Shown: positions 19,591 to 28,152, counted from the stretch's first letter. The stretch is 64,000 bases of DNA from an uncultured Gammaproteobacteria bacterium (GCA_964482695.1 CAYZYP010000001.1:68143-132142), one strand, 5' to 3'. Program-made: numbers and translations. Notes: generated by a model from the letters alone, not told the origin.

Positions 19591-20793
19591 ATGAAAATAA
19601 ATACCGACAATCAAAAAATAGAAGAAGTTTTAACTCGTTCAATTGACACAATTTATCCAAGTAAAAAAGATTTTACAGAGATGTTAAAATCCGGCAAACA
19701 GTTACGTGTATACATGGGTATAGATCCAACTGCTACTTATGCTCATTTGGGCCACGCTACTAACTATATTATTTTGCGTCGCCTCCATGAATTAGGGCAT
19801 AAAATAATTGTTTTAATAGGCGATTTTACCGCTATGATTGGCGACCCGAGCGATAAAAGTTCTCTGCGTCAACGCCTTACCAAAGAACAAGTTCAAGAAA
19901 ACATGAAAACATTTAAAGCGCAAATAGGAAAAATTTTAGATTTTAATAATAAAGAAAATCCAATTGAATTAGCGTTTAATTCTGATTGGTTGGCGAAATT
20001 AACTTTTAGTGACGCCGTTGAATTGGCTTCTCATTTCACTGTCCAACGCATGTTAGAAAGAGATAATTTTGAAAAAAGAATAAAAGAAGAAAAGCCTTTG
20101 TATGTTCATGAATTTTTTTATCCTTTAATGCAAGGTTATGATTCTGTGGCTCTAAATGCCGATGTAGAAATAGGTGGCACAGATCAGACTTTTAATATGT
20201 TAGCTGGCCGTACTTTGGTTAAGGCTTATCAAAACAGAGAGAAGGTGGTTATTACCACGACTCTTTTGGAAAACCCGGTTACTGGGGAAAAATTAATGAG
20301 TAAGAGTTTGGGTACTGGCATTGGTTTAGACGAAACGCCAAATGATATGTTTGGCAAAACAATGGCTTTGCCGGACGAAGCCATAATACAGGTATTTATA
20401 GATTGTACTTATTTAAAAATGACAGAAATTAAAGAAATGGAAAAAGCTTTAAAAAGTGGTGCCAATCCGCGTGATTTAAAATTAAAGTTGGCTTATGAAA
20501 TAGTGAAAATGTATCATTCGTCAGAAGACGCTGAAAAAGCTAAAGAATATTTTATTAGCACCTTTAGTAAAAAAGAAATACCAACAGAAATACCAGAAAT
20601 CAAGCCAACAAATTATGATATTATTACAGTGCTGACCGAAGCCAAAATTTGCGCCAGTAAAACCCAAGCACGACAGGTAATAGCGCAAGGCGGAGTAAAG
20701 ATAAATGATAAAAAGATAAATGATATCGCCACTAAAGTTAGCACTGGCGATGTGATACAAAAGGGGAGTAGATGGTTTGTAAAGGTAAAATAA
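19591..20793 (+). CDS. tyrS: Tyrosyl-tRNA synthetase with a C-terminal S4 domain.
   Basis: 'GIDPTATYAHLGH' is the HIGH-type motif. 'KMSKSLGT' and a C-terminal S4-like domain ('QARQVIAQGGVKINDKKI') are present. Confidence 0.8.
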   Translation: MKINTDNQKIEEVLTRSIDTIYPSKKDFTEMLKSGKQLRVYMGIDPTATYAHLGHATNYIILRRLHELGHKIIVLIGDFTAMIGDPSDKSSLRQRLTKEQVQENMKTFKAQIGKILDFNNKENPIELAFNSDWLAKLTFSDAVELASHFTVQRMLERDNFEKRIKEEKPLYVHEFFYPLMQGYDSVALNADVEIGGTDQTFNMLAGRTLVKAYQNREKVVITTTLLENPVTGEKLMSKSLGTGIGLDETPNDMFGKTMALPDEAIIQVFIDCTYLKMTEIKEMEKALKSGANPRDLKLKLAYEIVKMYHSSEDAEKAKEYFISTFSKKEIPTEIPEIKPTNYDIITVLTEAKICASKTQARQVIAQGGVKINDKKINDIATKVSTGDVIQKGSRWFVKVK

Positions 20794-20799
20794 TTTTCT

Positions 20800-22641
20800 A
20801 TGTCTCTAATTAAAGCAGAAATTATAAAAATATTAAACAAAGCTGGCGTAAAAGGCGAATTTGAATTAGTAGTTCCTCCAAAATCAGAGATGGGTGATTT
20901 TTCGTTTGCCTGTTTTGAACTAGCAAAAGCAGAGAAGAAAAATCCGGTAGAAGTGGCAAAAGAAATAGTAAAAACCGTAGGGGCAGGTCGTGACCTGCCC
21001 GTACAAATATTAGAAAAAATCACAGCCATTGGCCCATACGTCAATTTCTATTTAAACAGTGCCGCAATAGCCGAAGTGGTATTAAAAGAAGTTAAAGATA
21101 AAAATTTTGGTAAAAGTAAAATTGGCGATAAGAAGAAAATAATGGTGGAATTCGCGCATCCTAACACTCACAAAGCGTTTCATATTGGCCATTTACGCAA
21201 CGCGATTACTGGCGAAAGCATGGTGCGAATTTTGGAAAATGCCGGTTACAAAGTAGTTAGGGCAAATTATCAAGGCGACGTGGGAATGCATATCGCGAAA
21301 TGTTTGTGGGGAATTTGGCATAATAATTTTTGTCATTCCGAGGAGCGAAGCGACGAGGAATCTCTGTCTCAAAAAATGTTAAGACAGAGATCCCTCGCTG
21401 CGGCTCGGGATGACAAATTGGAAACCATTGACGACAAAGTAAAATTTTTGGGTGAAGCGTACGTGCGAGGGAGTACGGCATTTGAAGAAGATGAAAAAGT
21501 TAAAGAGGAAATTATAGAAATAAACGATAAAATATATTCACAAGATAAAAGTATTAAAGAATTATACAAAACAACTAGAAAATGGAGTTTGGCATATTTT
21601 GATAAAATATATAAGCGGTTGGGGACGCGTTTTGATCGTTTATATTTTGAATCAGAAACATTTAAAAAAGGCAAAGAAATTGTCTTAAAATTTTTATCCA
21701 AAGGCGTGTTTATTGTTGGTGAAGGCGGGGCAATTGTTTTTGAAGGTTCCAAATACGGCTTGCACGACCGAGTGTTTGTCAATAGCAAAGGTTTTCCAAC
21801 TTATGAAGCAAAAGATTTGGCTTTGGCGGAATTGCAATTTAAAGAATATAAGCCAGAGATGATTTTGCATTTGGTGGCCAAAGAGCAGACCGAATATTTT
21901 AAAGTAATGTTTAAGTCTTTGGAATTTACTTTCCCCAAAAGCAAAGAGCGAGAAAAACATTTAGAATATGGCTGGGTAAGTTTAAAAGAAGGCAAAATGA
22001 GTTCACGTACCGGGCAAGTGGTATTAGGAGAATGGTTGCTTGATGAAGTAAAAAATAAAATTGCTGAAATAATGAAAGATAATAAATTTTCTGATAAAGA
22101 AAAAGTGATAGAAAAAATAGCTATCGCGGCAGTAAAGTATTCCATGTTAAAAACTGGCGTTAGAAATGATATTAAATTTGATTTTAATGAATCAATTAGT
22201 TTAACAGGTGATTCCGGACCGTATCTACTGTATATCGTGGCGAGAATAAATAGCATTTTGGCAAAAAGTCAAAATGTGGATTGTCATTCCGAACCCCGAC
22301 TAAGTCGGGGTGAGGAAGCTCTGCCCCAAAAAACATTAAGACAGAGATCCCTCGCTGTGGCTCGGGATGACAAGAAAACATTGTTAGAAAAAAGTCTTTT
22401 GTTGCACTTGTCTGAATTTTCAACAATAACAAAATTAGCGGCCGAGAGTTTTGACCCATCTAAAATCGCTAAATACTTGTTGGATTTAGCGCAAAAATTT
22501 AATGAATTTTACAGCCAATGTCCAATACTCCAAGCCGAAGAAGAAACACAAAAGTTTCGGTTACGGTTAATTAAAGAGGTTAGGCAGGTAATGGAAAGGG
22601 GATTATATTTATTGGGGATAGAGACGGTAAAAGAAATGTAA
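20800..22641 (+). CDS. argS: Arginyl-tRNA synthetase containing two in-frame palindromic-element insertions.
   Basis: 'AHPNTHKAFHIGHLRNA' is the HIGH motif and there is a C-terminal DALR-like anticodon-binding region. Removing the two ~29-aa inserts (CHSEE...RDDK) gives a typical ~555 aa ArgRS. Confidence 0.85.
   Translation: MSLIKAEIIKILNKAGVKGEFELVVPPKSEMGDFSFACFELAKAEKKNPVEVAKEIVKTVGAGRDLPVQILEKITAIGPYVNFYLNSAAIAEVVLKEVKDKNFGKSKIGDKKKIMVEFAHPNTHKAFHIGHLRNAITGESMVRILENAGYKVVRANYQGDVGMHIAKCLWGIWHNNFCHSEERSDEESLSQKMLRQRSLAAARDDKLETIDDKVKFLGEAYVRGSTAFEEDEKVKEEIIEINDKIYSQDKSIKELYKTTRKWSLAYFDKIYKRLGTRFDRLYFESETFKKGKEIVLKFLSKGVFIVGEGGAIVFEGSKYGLHDRVFVNSKGFPTYEAKDLALAELQFKEYKPEMILHLVAKEQTEYFKVMFKSLEFTFPKSKEREKHLEYGWVSLKEGKMSSRTGQVVLGEWLLDEVKNKIAEIMKDNKFSDKEKVIEKIAIAAVKYSMLKTGVRNDIKFDFNESISLTGDSGPYLLYIVARINSILAKSQNVDCHSEPRLSRGEEALPQKTLRQRSLAVARDDKKTLLEKSLLLHLSEFSTITKLAAESFDPSKIAKYLLDLAQKFNEFYSQCPILQAEEETQKFRLRLIKEVRQVMERGLYLLGIETVKEM
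21331..21415. repeat. Nested palindromic element copy B, in frame within argS.
   Basis: tgtcattccgaggagcgaagcgacgaggaatctctgtct...agacagagatccctcgctgcggctcgggatgaca. Confidence 0.85.
22282..22372. repeat. Nested palindromic element copy C, in frame within argS, with an extra internal hairpin ccccgactaagtcgggg.
   Basis: tgtcattccgaaccccgac...gacagagatccctcgctgtggctcgggatgaca. Confidence 0.85.
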
Positions 22642-22642
22642 A

Positions 22643-22672
22643 ACCACGGATTTTTACGTGGTTTTTTTATCC
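22643..22672 (+). terminator. Rho-independent terminator after argS (aaccacg..cgtggtt followed by T7).
   Basis: Hairpin plus T-run. Confidence 0.6.
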
Positions 22673-22700
22673 ACAGAAGGTATACTTTACAGTGTAACTA

Positions 22701-22934
22701 ATGAGGTGTACTGTACCATTAAATGGATTGACCATAGATATGACCAAAGCAGACAGTATTGAACGTTTGGTGATAAAAATCCCCAAAAGCGTGGCGGATT
22801 ATTTTCGTAGTGCTTTTCCGCACGGCAAACGCAGTGAGTTTTTAGCCAAATGTATTTTGGATTATAAACACCAAGAGGAAATAAAACAGATGGAAGATGA
22901 TTTGCGAGAGGCGGCAAAAAATAGACAAGAATAG
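22701..22934 (+). CDS. Putative type II antitoxin (MazE/PemI-like small DNA-binding protein).
   Basis: It is a 77-aa acidic C-tailed protein sitting directly upstream of a MazF/PemK-like toxin, with a stop/start spacing of 1 nt. Confidence 0.45.
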   Translation: MRCTVPLNGLTIDMTKADSIERLVIKIPKSVADYFRSAFPHGKRSEFLAKCILDYKHQEEIKQMEDDLREAAKNRQE

Positions 22935-22935
22935 T

Positions 22936-23304
22936 ATGAATCATGATATAGAAAAAATGTATTGTGGAGTAATAAATCGCGGGGATATTTTTGTCTGTGA
23001 ATATGAGAAAAAACAATTAGAAGTAGTTGTTTTGCAAGATGGTATTTTAAATAGTAGTTTGCCAACCGTTGTCTGCGCTCTTGCTAGGTCTATTGCCAAA
23101 GATGAAAAATTTTTTCCTAACGAAGTTTTATTACAAGCCAAAGAAACATTATTTATCGCAGATTATATTTGTCAGTTGCACAAAATAATAACAATAGACA
23201 GAAGAGCGATGTTAAAAAAAATAGGCAAGGTAAGCGAAGAAAAGTTAAAAAGTATTTATAAAGCGTTGGATGTGAATTTGGGGAGGTTTCGGGATAGAAA
23301 TTAA
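22936..23304 (+). CDS. MazF/PemK-family toxin (putative mRNA interferase).
   Basis: 'RGDIFVCEY...QLEVVVLQDGILNSSLPTVVCALARS' and 'TIDRRAMLKKIGKVSEEKLKSIYKALDVNLG' fit the PemK/MazF SH3-barrel pattern. The start at 22936 follows the antitoxin stop. Confidence 0.55.
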   Translation: MNHDIEKMYCGVINRGDIFVCEYEKKQLEVVVLQDGILNSSLPTVVCALARSIAKDEKFFPNEVLLQAKETLFIADYICQLHKIITIDRRAMLKKIGKVSEEKLKSIYKALDVNLGRFRDRN

Positions 23305-23342
23305 TTTAAAAACACGCGCAAATGTTATTCATTGCGCCAGCG

Positions 23343-23452
23343 GTCAGTATATATTTTAAAAGAAAAAAACAGTTATCCGTTTGCCTTTTTGCCTTTCGGC
23401 AAAAAGTTTTCCGACTACTTTTTTCTTTTAAAATATATACTGACCGCTGGCG
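23343..23452. repeat. Long nested palindrome E with ~35-bp perfect arms (cgccagcggtcagtatatattttaaaagaaaaaa) around an inner hairpin.
   Basis: Seen directly. It shares the 'cattgcgccagcgg' terminus with the element at 43958-44030. Confidence 0.8.
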
Positions 23453-23654
23453 AATCGTAAAAAAGATAATATTTTTATTTGCTCTTTAAAATCAAAATAT
23501 ATTTTGGGCGAGTTGCCCTTGTTTTTGTTTGTTTTGACGTTTTTGGTAACGTCTTTTTTGTTGATGTGGGTTTTAAGCAGATAAAGACAAGGGTAATGGT
23601 GCCCTTTTTTATTTTTTTCCAAGAGCCCACCAAATGGGCGGAAGGAGTTGATTC

Positions 23655-24956
23655 ATGGACACCAACCATGGAAACCCCACCCGCCCGGGGAAATGGGCGA
23701 AAATTCCGCGTGTGGCCTTTGTGGCTCACGCGTTATTGCCCGGCTATAGCTCCACGGCGCTGATTGAACAGCGCTTGCATGAGCTTGGCCGGGACTGCTG
23801 GCCTGGATCTGGCGAGGATCCGGGTTGGATAAAATGGTTTAGTTTTCCTGTCTGCCCCCCGTCGCAGTCTAGCGGCCAGCCGATCTGGGTTGACTTTTAC
23901 GTCATCCCAGTGTTGGCGCCACGGTTTCTTAAAGCCGTGGTGGCTGGGCAGGCATACAATTGGGCCGAGGAAGTGGCACTCGCCGCCATTTCCGAAGCCC
24001 AAGCCGATGGAGTTGAACTGACCCTGGGTTGGGGTGCTCTGACCAAGTTGGCCACTAATCACGGCCAGCTGTTTCTGGAAAAGCACCCCGAACTTAGTGG
24101 GCAGTTTAATTCTACACACGGTGATGCCGGCACCGCCCTGTTGGTAACAGAGGGTTTGATGCGGGCGGGCGTGGAGCCCGGTTGTCGTGTTGCCGTGATG
24201 GGCGCCAATGGCGCCATCGGCGACGCGGTGAGCCGGGTAATCACCACAGTAATTCAGCCGGAGAGTATTCTCTTGGTCGGCAAGGCGGACCGACCGGGAG
24301 AGACAAAAAATCTCTCCAGGCTGGAGGAACTCAAGTCGCGGGTGCGAGGTCATGTCCGCGGTGGAGCCACTGAGGTGGCCATTCACCAGGATAAGACACG
24401 CGCTTGCCGCGATCATCGCAGCGATGTGGTGGTCGTGGCGACCACCGGCATGGATCTCTCTCCGAGAGAAGTGCCGGTGGGGGCGCTGGTTATGGATATG
24501 ACCACGCCCGCTGCTTGCCAGCTTGACCCGAGCTGGGGCGGTCATCTAGTTTTGACCGCCGGATGCGGGGAATTCTCTCCCGAGGTTCTGCCCTCGGGGT
24601 TTGGAAATATAGGCGGCCGCCGACTGATTGATGCCGGCGCCGGTGGTCCTCGAATCATCTGGGGCTGTACGGGCGAAACCATCGCCCGGGCGGTCTTCGG
24701 ATGGCGAGGCCATTTGGCCGGGACGGCGATTCCCATGGACGCTCTGGAGTGGTGTTCTGACCACTTCGAGCGTCTGGGATTAGTCTCCCAGCCGCCTCTG
24801 AGTTTTAACAACCCAATCAGTTGGTCGCGCGTGCGAGAATTTGTCCAATTCTCGCGGTCGGCGCGGCCGCTGAAGGGGTTGATGAGGCGTTCTCCTCCCG
24901 CCAAGGAGGCGCCTATGGATTTGGGCGGCGTTCGCGCCGTCCTGTATCCAAAATAA
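23655..24956 (+). CDS. GC-rich foreign gene encoding an acyl-ACP reductase-like / COG5322-family NAD(P)-binding oxidoreductase. The conserved core begins near the GTG at 23712.
   Basis: 'VAFVAHALLPGYSS..IEQ', 'TLGWGALTKL' and the Rossmann motif 'VAVMGANGAIGDAVSRVI' parallel the cyanobacterial acyl-ACP reductase architecture. GC is ~60% against ~33% background. GGAAGGAG lies 8 nt upstream of the ATG. Confidence 0.5.
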   Translation: MDTNHGNPTRPGKWAKIPRVAFVAHALLPGYSSTALIEQRLHELGRDCWPGSGEDPGWIKWFSFPVCPPSQSSGQPIWVDFYVIPVLAPRFLKAVVAGQAYNWAEEVALAAISEAQADGVELTLGWGALTKLATNHGQLFLEKHPELSGQFNSTHGDAGTALLVTEGLMRAGVEPGCRVAVMGANGAIGDAVSRVITTVIQPESILLVGKADRPGETKNLSRLEELKSRVRGHVRGGATEVAIHQDKTRACRDHRSDVVVVATTGMDLSPREVPVGALVMDMTTPAACQLDPSWGGHLVLTAGCGEFSPEVLPSGFGNIGGRRLIDAGAGGPRIIWGCTGETIARAVFGWRGHLAGTAIPMDALEWCSDHFERLGLVSQPPLSFNNPISWSRVREFVQFSRSARPLKGLMRRSPPAKEAPMDLGGVRAVLYPK

Positions 24957-24997
24957 CCGCCCCGCGTGTTCACACCGCGGGGCGTTCTCTTTTTGTT
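24957..24997 (+). terminator. Rho-independent terminator (ccccgcgtgttcacaccgcgggg followed by a T-run).
   Basis: Strong GC hairpin and a U-tract immediately after the stop. Confidence 0.7.
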
Positions 24998-25057
24998 AGT
25001 ATTTTTTTGTGGTATAATATTATTATCATTCTTCTTAACTTCGTAATTTTTATTTTC

Positions 25058-26665
25058 ATGTTTACAGAAGTTTTTACTATTTTACCATTAGCCTGTGCCA
25101 TATCAGTGGCATTATTTGGTTTTTTTATTTTGTCAAATAATTATAGATCAAGAATGAATCAATTGATGTTTGGTTTTTGTTTATCTATGTTTTTTTGGCA
25201 ATTTGGTACTTTTATGATGTTTGGCACCAGAGTAGACGACACGCATACAGCTGTTTTTTGGGATAGATTTGTTTATATAGGCGTGGTGTTTATGCCATCT
25301 TTAATGCATCATTTTAGTTTGATTTTTACTGATAATAAAAAACAGAGAAGTTTATTGGTTATAAATTATATTTTATCTTTTTTATTTTTAGTTGCTAGCC
25401 GTTCGGAATATTTTGTTAGTGATTTATTTATATACTCTTGGGGCGCTCATTCAAAAGCAAAAATTTTACACACAGTATTTTTAGGTTATTTTTTCTTGGG
25501 CACAGGTCTATTTTTCTTTAATGTTTATAGATATTACCGAGCGGCAAAAGAAAAAATAGTTAAAATACAATCTATCTATGTATTTTTGGCTTTTGCTATT
25601 GTTATTTTTATTGGTGGCTCGGCCTATTTATATGCTTATGGCATAGACACAAAATTTCCTTTTGCCTATTTTACTGGTTTAATTTTTCCTGTTTTACTTT
25701 TTTACGCGGTTACCAAACACCATTTATTAGGTGGTAAAATGATACTTATCGAAGTATTAGTTGGTTTGGCTTGTTTTGTTTTGTTAACAGAGATGTTTTT
25801 GGCGAGATCAACTAGCGAATTAATTATCAGAATATTGATTGCTTTGATTATAACAATGATTGGCGTGCTATTAGTTATTTCCGTACGCAAAGAAATCCAG
25901 CGTCGCGAAGAAATCACCCAACTAGCCCACTCGCTAGAAAAAGCCAATTTGCGGCTAAAAGAATTAGACCAGCAAAAAACAGAATTTTTATCCATTGCTT
26001 CACACCAATTGCGCACGCCATTGTCGGTTTTAAATGGTTATCTGGAACTGTTAAAAGATGGCGACTATGGCAAGCCCACCAAAGGCATGTTAGAAGTAAT
26101 AGACAATATGGAAATCAGTAATGGTCATTTGGTAAAATTAATAGATAACTTTTTAGATATTTCGCGCATAGAACAAGGCCGAACCAAATTTAATTTTATT
26201 CAAGTAGATTTGTGTAAATTAGTCGCTAGCGTGGTAGAAGAATTACGCCAGCGCGCTTTGGATAAAGGCTTAAAAATTATTTGGCAGACAGAAGCTTGTT
26301 CTACCACCAAAGTAGAAGTAGACGAAGAGAAGATTAGGCATGTGGTGTTTAATTTTATAGATAATGCTATTAAATATACCGACAGTGGCACAATTAAGGT
26401 TAAGATGGAGCCAGAAGATAATGGCTTCGCAATAATGATAAAAGACCATGGGCTTGGTTTTGGTAAAGTAGACGAAGCTAATTTTTTTCAGAAATTTTAT
26501 CGCGGTGAAAATGTTAAGGGCATTAATGTCAATGGCACCGGTTTGGGCCTTTATGTCTGTCGCAAGTTTATAGAAGCCCATAATGGCAAAATTTGGGGCC
26601 ATAGCCAGGGCAAAAATAAGGGCAGTGAATTTGGTTTTTGGATACCGGCGAAGAGAAATGGGTAA
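25058..26665 (+). CDS. Sensor histidine kinase with an N-terminal multi-TM sensing domain. No adjacent response regulator.
   Basis: H-box 'FLSIASHQLRTPLSVLNGYLELL' and HATPase_c G-boxes 'GLGFGK' and 'GTGLGLYVCRKFIEAHNG'. The start is moved to the ATG at 25058, where composition switches back to AT-rich. Confidence 0.75.
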   Translation: MFTEVFTILPLACAISVALFGFFILSNNYRSRMNQLMFGFCLSMFFWQFGTFMMFGTRVDDTHTAVFWDRFVYIGVVFMPSLMHHFSLIFTDNKKQRSLLVINYILSFLFLVASRSEYFVSDLFIYSWGAHSKAKILHTVFLGYFFLGTGLFFFNVYRYYRAAKEKIVKIQSIYVFLAFAIVIFIGGSAYLYAYGIDTKFPFAYFTGLIFPVLLFYAVTKHHLLGGKMILIEVLVGLACFVLLTEMFLARSTSELIIRILIALIITMIGVLLVISVRKEIQRREEITQLAHSLEKANLRLKELDQQKTEFLSIASHQLRTPLSVLNGYLELLKDGDYGKPTKGMLEVIDNMEISNGHLVKLIDNFLDISRIEQGRTKFNFIQVDLCKLVASVVEELRQRALDKGLKIIWQTEACSTTKVEVDEEKIRHVVFNFIDNAIKYTDSGTIKVKMEPEDNGFAIMIKDHGLGFGKVDEANFFQKFYRGENVKGINVNGTGLGLYVCRKFIEAHNGKIWGHSQGKNKGSEFGFWIPAKRNG

Positions 26666-26734
26666 CCCTTTCCTCATTCCTCAAAATATAGTATTATATA
26701 CCCACTAACTTAACTTAATTTAATTTTAACAAGT

Positions 26735-27220
26735 ATGATTTTTCAAAAGAAAACGACATTTTTAGAAGAAATGACAAATAATAACGCCAATTTAGTCACA
26801 CCTGCGCAATCCAGAGAAGATGATGACGTAGAGACAGTCGTTGGCCCATCTGTTCACGTAGAAGGGGATTTAAGCTCTTCTGGCAATATTCTGGTAAAAG
26901 GCATGGTATCCGGCAATGTAAATACTACCAAACATCTAACAGTAGAGCCAGGAGCCAAAATAGTAGCCAACGTACATGCCGGAAGTGCCAAGGTATCAGG
27001 TGAAATAAAAGGCAATGTTAAAATAAAAGATTCTTTAGAACTTACTTCTTCAGCGCGGATTTTGGGCGATATTTCGGTAAAAGTATTGACTGTTGAACCA
27101 GGCGCTGTTTTATACGGCAAAATTTCCATGCCAGGGATAGAAGCAACAGAAAAGCAAACACCAGGGAAAAGGATAATTAAGAAAAGCACTGGCGAGTCAA
27201 TGAATAATAACGAGGCATAA
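26735..27220 (+). CDS. Bactofilin (DUF583) family cytoskeletal protein.
   Basis: Repetitive beta-helical segment 'VHVEGDLSSSGNILVKGMVSGNV.....LTVEPGAKIVANVHAGSAKVSGEIKGNVKI' is typical of bactofilins. Confidence 0.6.
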   Translation: MIFQKKTTFLEEMTNNNANLVTPAQSREDDDVETVVGPSVHVEGDLSSSGNILVKGMVSGNVNTTKHLTVEPGAKIVANVHAGSAKVSGEIKGNVKIKDSLELTSSARILGDISVKVLTVEPGAVLYGKISMPGIEATEKQTPGKRIIKKSTGESMNNNEA

Positions 27221-27267
27221 ATCCTAAATTGACATAATGGGATTTTGGATTTCAGTTTTTTTAAGTT

Positions 27268-28032
27268 ATGTACGTCTATCTTTACGACAATTTTTTGCGT
27301 CATAAAAGTTTTTCTTCTACAATTAAAGCCATGGAAGTTAAATTAACAGACTATGGTATTGCCGGGAAAATTTTACGTTTGCATAATTATATTGACGTAA
27401 AACCGATAATTGATGATGAGATAAAAAAAGGCGCTAAAACCATTGTAATAGTGGGTAATGACGCCACCTTTGGCCAAGTATTATCGCGGGGAGCAACTTG
27501 TGATTGTGTTTTTGGTTTTTTGCCAGTAGGCCCGGATAATACCATTGCCGATGTGCTCGGTGTTTCAATTGGAGTTGATGCTTGTGACGTGTTATCACGT
27601 CGTCGCAAAGAAAAACTAGATGTAGGCTGGATGAACAATCGTTATTTTGTTTCCCAACTTAGAGTACCGCCAGCAAAAGTAGAAGTAATTTATGATGAAA
27701 AGTTTAAAGCTAGTTCTAGAGATAAAATGGAAGTTGTTGTCTGTAATTTACAGCCATTTTATTGGAAACGAGATAAAAAAGATTCCGAACAGCAAGTAGT
27801 TCATCCACAGGATGGAAAATTAGAAGCTTTTTTGCGGCCATTGACAAAAAAGCGTTGGTGGGGTTATAACTACGAAGAGCCGAGCGTCTTTCCGTTTGAA
27901 GAAATGGAAATAATCGGTGACGAGGCTTTTGCCGTAGAAGCAGATGGTAAATATTCAAAAGAAGTGCGGTTAAAAATACGTTTGGCGAGGAATAAGATAG
28001 AGATGATAGTAGGGAGAAATAGGAAGTTTTAG
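27268..28032 (+). CDS. Diacylglycerol-kinase-catalytic-domain (DAGK_cat/YegS/NAD-kinase-like) family protein with a degenerate GGDGT motif.
   Basis: 'TIVIVGNDATFGQVL' aligns to the GGDGT region but reads GNDAT. Overall size and layout are consistent with the family. Confidence 0.35.
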   Translation: MYVYLYDNFLRHKSFSSTIKAMEVKLTDYGIAGKILRLHNYIDVKPIIDDEIKKGAKTIVIVGNDATFGQVLSRGATCDCVFGFLPVGPDNTIADVLGVSIGVDACDVLSRRRKEKLDVGWMNNRYFVSQLRVPPAKVEVIYDEKFKASSRDKMEVVVCNLQPFYWKRDKKDSEQQVVHPQDGKLEAFLRPLTKKRWWGYNYEEPSVFPFEEMEIIGDEAFAVEADGKYSKEVRLKIRLARNKIEMIVGRNRKF

Positions 28033-28055
28033 TAAAAAACAAGTGTCATTCATTT

Positions 28056-28137
28056 GCCCGGGTGGTGAAATTGGTAAACACGCCATTTTGAGGTGATGGT
28101 GTCGCAAGGCTTGGAGGTTCGAGTCCTCTCCCGGGCA
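28056..28137 (+). tRNA. tRNA-Leu (anticodon GAG), type II with a long variable arm.
   Basis: Manual fold: acceptor gcccggg/cccgggc, D-arm gtg-aaattggtaaa-cac, anticodon stem ccatt/gatgg with loop ttGAGgt, 13-nt variable arm, T-arm ggagg-ttcgagt-cctct, discriminator A. CCA is not encoded. Confidence 0.8.
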
Positions 28138-28152
28138 CTAAAATTAATTTTT

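Noticed and set aside
22897-22935. Upstream extension of the MazF-like ORF (MICERRQKIDKNS...).
   Set aside because: It overlaps the antitoxin's C-terminus in another frame. The ATG at 22936, 1 nt after the antitoxin stop, gives the canonical coupled TA arrangement.
23479-23763. 94-aa ORF upstream of and overlapping the island gene.
   Set aside because: It spans an AT-rich spacer with hairpins and then runs into the GC-rich gene in a different frame. There is no SD and the composition is heterogeneous, so it is likely non-coding leader sequence.
23733-24545. 270-aa minus-strand ORF and other long ORFs (24059-24247, 24182-24373, 24542-24973) in the GC-rich island.
   Set aside because: High-GC DNA produces long spurious stop-free frames. 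The plus-strand gene has a strong SD, a terminator and recognisable family motifs, whereas these overlap it entirely.
24821-25057. N-terminal 79-aa extension of the histidine kinase ORF reaching into the GC-rich region.
   Set aside because: The extension is Arg/Gly/Ala-rich with foreign composition and overlaps the upstream gene and terminator. The AT-rich ATG at 25058 precedes the first TM helix and is the more plausible start.
28093-28152. 5' extension of the small membrane protein ORF.
   Set aside because: It would overlap the 3' half of the tRNA-Leu gene. The internal ATG at 28153 is used instead.
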